Positions 62,664-64,000 of a DNA stretch of 64,000 bases are shown one piece after another. Numbering within the stretch: position 1 is the stretch's first letter; each line of letters begins with the position of its first letter. The DNA comes from Octopus vulgaris (lineage: Eukaryota): assembly GCA_951406725.2 (NCBI GenBank), contig OX597823.1, positions 102,982,001 through 103,046,000 on the forward strand, written 5' to 3'. The notes below the pieces were generated by a model that saw only the letters and a program-made list of their open reading frames with translations, had not been told where the DNA came from and made no database searches. The translations under genes were made by a program, and so were the position numbers.

Positions 62664-64000
62664 CTGGAATGAGAAAATTGATAAATTAGTTAATATAATA
62701 TTAGTTATCAATAATATTTTATTTACAATAGACAGAGGCTGGGGGTAAAATGGCTTTTTTTGAACACACATGTACACATACGTGCATGTGTCTATCCAGT
62801 CAACATCCACAGACCCTGTCAGATTTGCATCTTCTAGTGACGAACAATTTCACCATCACGACCATCACCCCTCTTCCAATGAGGGATCATGTCTGATAAT
62901 CTATGATGTATTCTCTCTGAAGTATCTTTCTATATTGTGATCTTTTCCTGGCCCCTTATTGTGCTCTGTTCTCTCCCTGGTCCTTGTTGTCTTCTCTCTC
63001 TGCTCCTTTTGATGTGCTCTGTTCTCTCCTTGGCTTCTGTCTGGTGTGCACTTGTACCTTGTTATGCTATATTCCCTTTTAGCTTACTCAGGCTTTGCTA
63101 GCTACATCTTGTCTTCATTGTCAACTAATCCATAACACACATGCCTTATAATTCACTACTCTAACGCTCTCTATTCCCCCACAAGCATCACGCTAAGTAT
63201 TGCAAACAATCCTCCTTTCCAATGGCCACTAACTTGGGAACCAGCCCATTTCATGTGTATTCCTGCATTACACATTCACATTGTCTAGGCTTCACATAAA
63301 CTGCATCAGACAAGGACTATACATTCAATAGACAAATCTCTTTCTGTTCTTGGTTTTAGAATAGGTACACCGTGTCAGAGGAAGTAACTAGAATGACTGG
63401 TAATAGGAAGGGCAGCCAACCATAAAATACTTCTGAATAGCCATCCATGGCCACACAGAAGAGTGGATGTAAAATGCTTATGAAGAGGACATGCAAAAAT
63501 GAAATACTATACAAATGAATGATATTATAAGCTATAATTTTTAATGAATATACAATCATGAGTTAATTGCATGAATGAATTAACTTGGACTGACACAATA
63601 CACACACAAGGTGGTATGCCAGTCGAGTTTTGCTCACAATGACTAAAATAAACTTAAGAACTAAAGAATATGTGAAAATATATATACACGGTAATGGAGA
63701 AGATCATAGATGATTTTCTTTTCTTCAACTGGTTTCAGTCAGTAGATTGAAGCCATACTGTGCCATTGTCTTCTCAGCTTTTTACTCATTCATACTGACC
63801 TCAGCAGTCTTAGTGCTTATCTTACCAATCTGCTCTGGGAAAATTGGTAAGCTAATCATGGTGCAAAGAGACAGAACTGAACACAACACATTAGTTTTGT
63901 TCATACTCCATGCATACACACAACTAATAAGCTTCATTCATTGACCAAATTTCACTCCCAAGGCTTGCCCAAAGCACCACCTTACATTGGGATCAAACTC

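Overview
AT-rich animal genomic DNA, most likely an octopus (coleoid cephalopod) judging by its SINE/LINE repertoire. The window lies within one minus-strand gene, TSC2/tuberin (the Rheb GAP of the TSC complex). I traced 32 GT-AG coding exons by hand from 62663 down to 3189 (4947 nt, 1649 codons, phases consistent). The start codon and the last exons appear to lie outside the window. Introns are packed with RTE-type LINE remnants and their (GAT)n-tailed 3' modules, tRNA-derived SINEs, R4/Dong-like LINE fragments, mariner/Tc1 elements and MITEs, and microsatellites. The most interesting signals are: (1) a core-intact type I hammerhead ribozyme motif (41117-41216) in the sense orientation of the TSC2 pre-mRNA; (2) variable-copy tandem arrays of a ~60-nt unit in the LINE 3' region, each unit foldable into an H-type pseudoknot; (3) several near-perfect intronic inverted repeats that are candidate ADAR substrates; (4) a candidate CxxC/CxC metal site and extra Akt-consensus motifs in tuberin. 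Comparisons with human TSC2 are from memory, not from a search.
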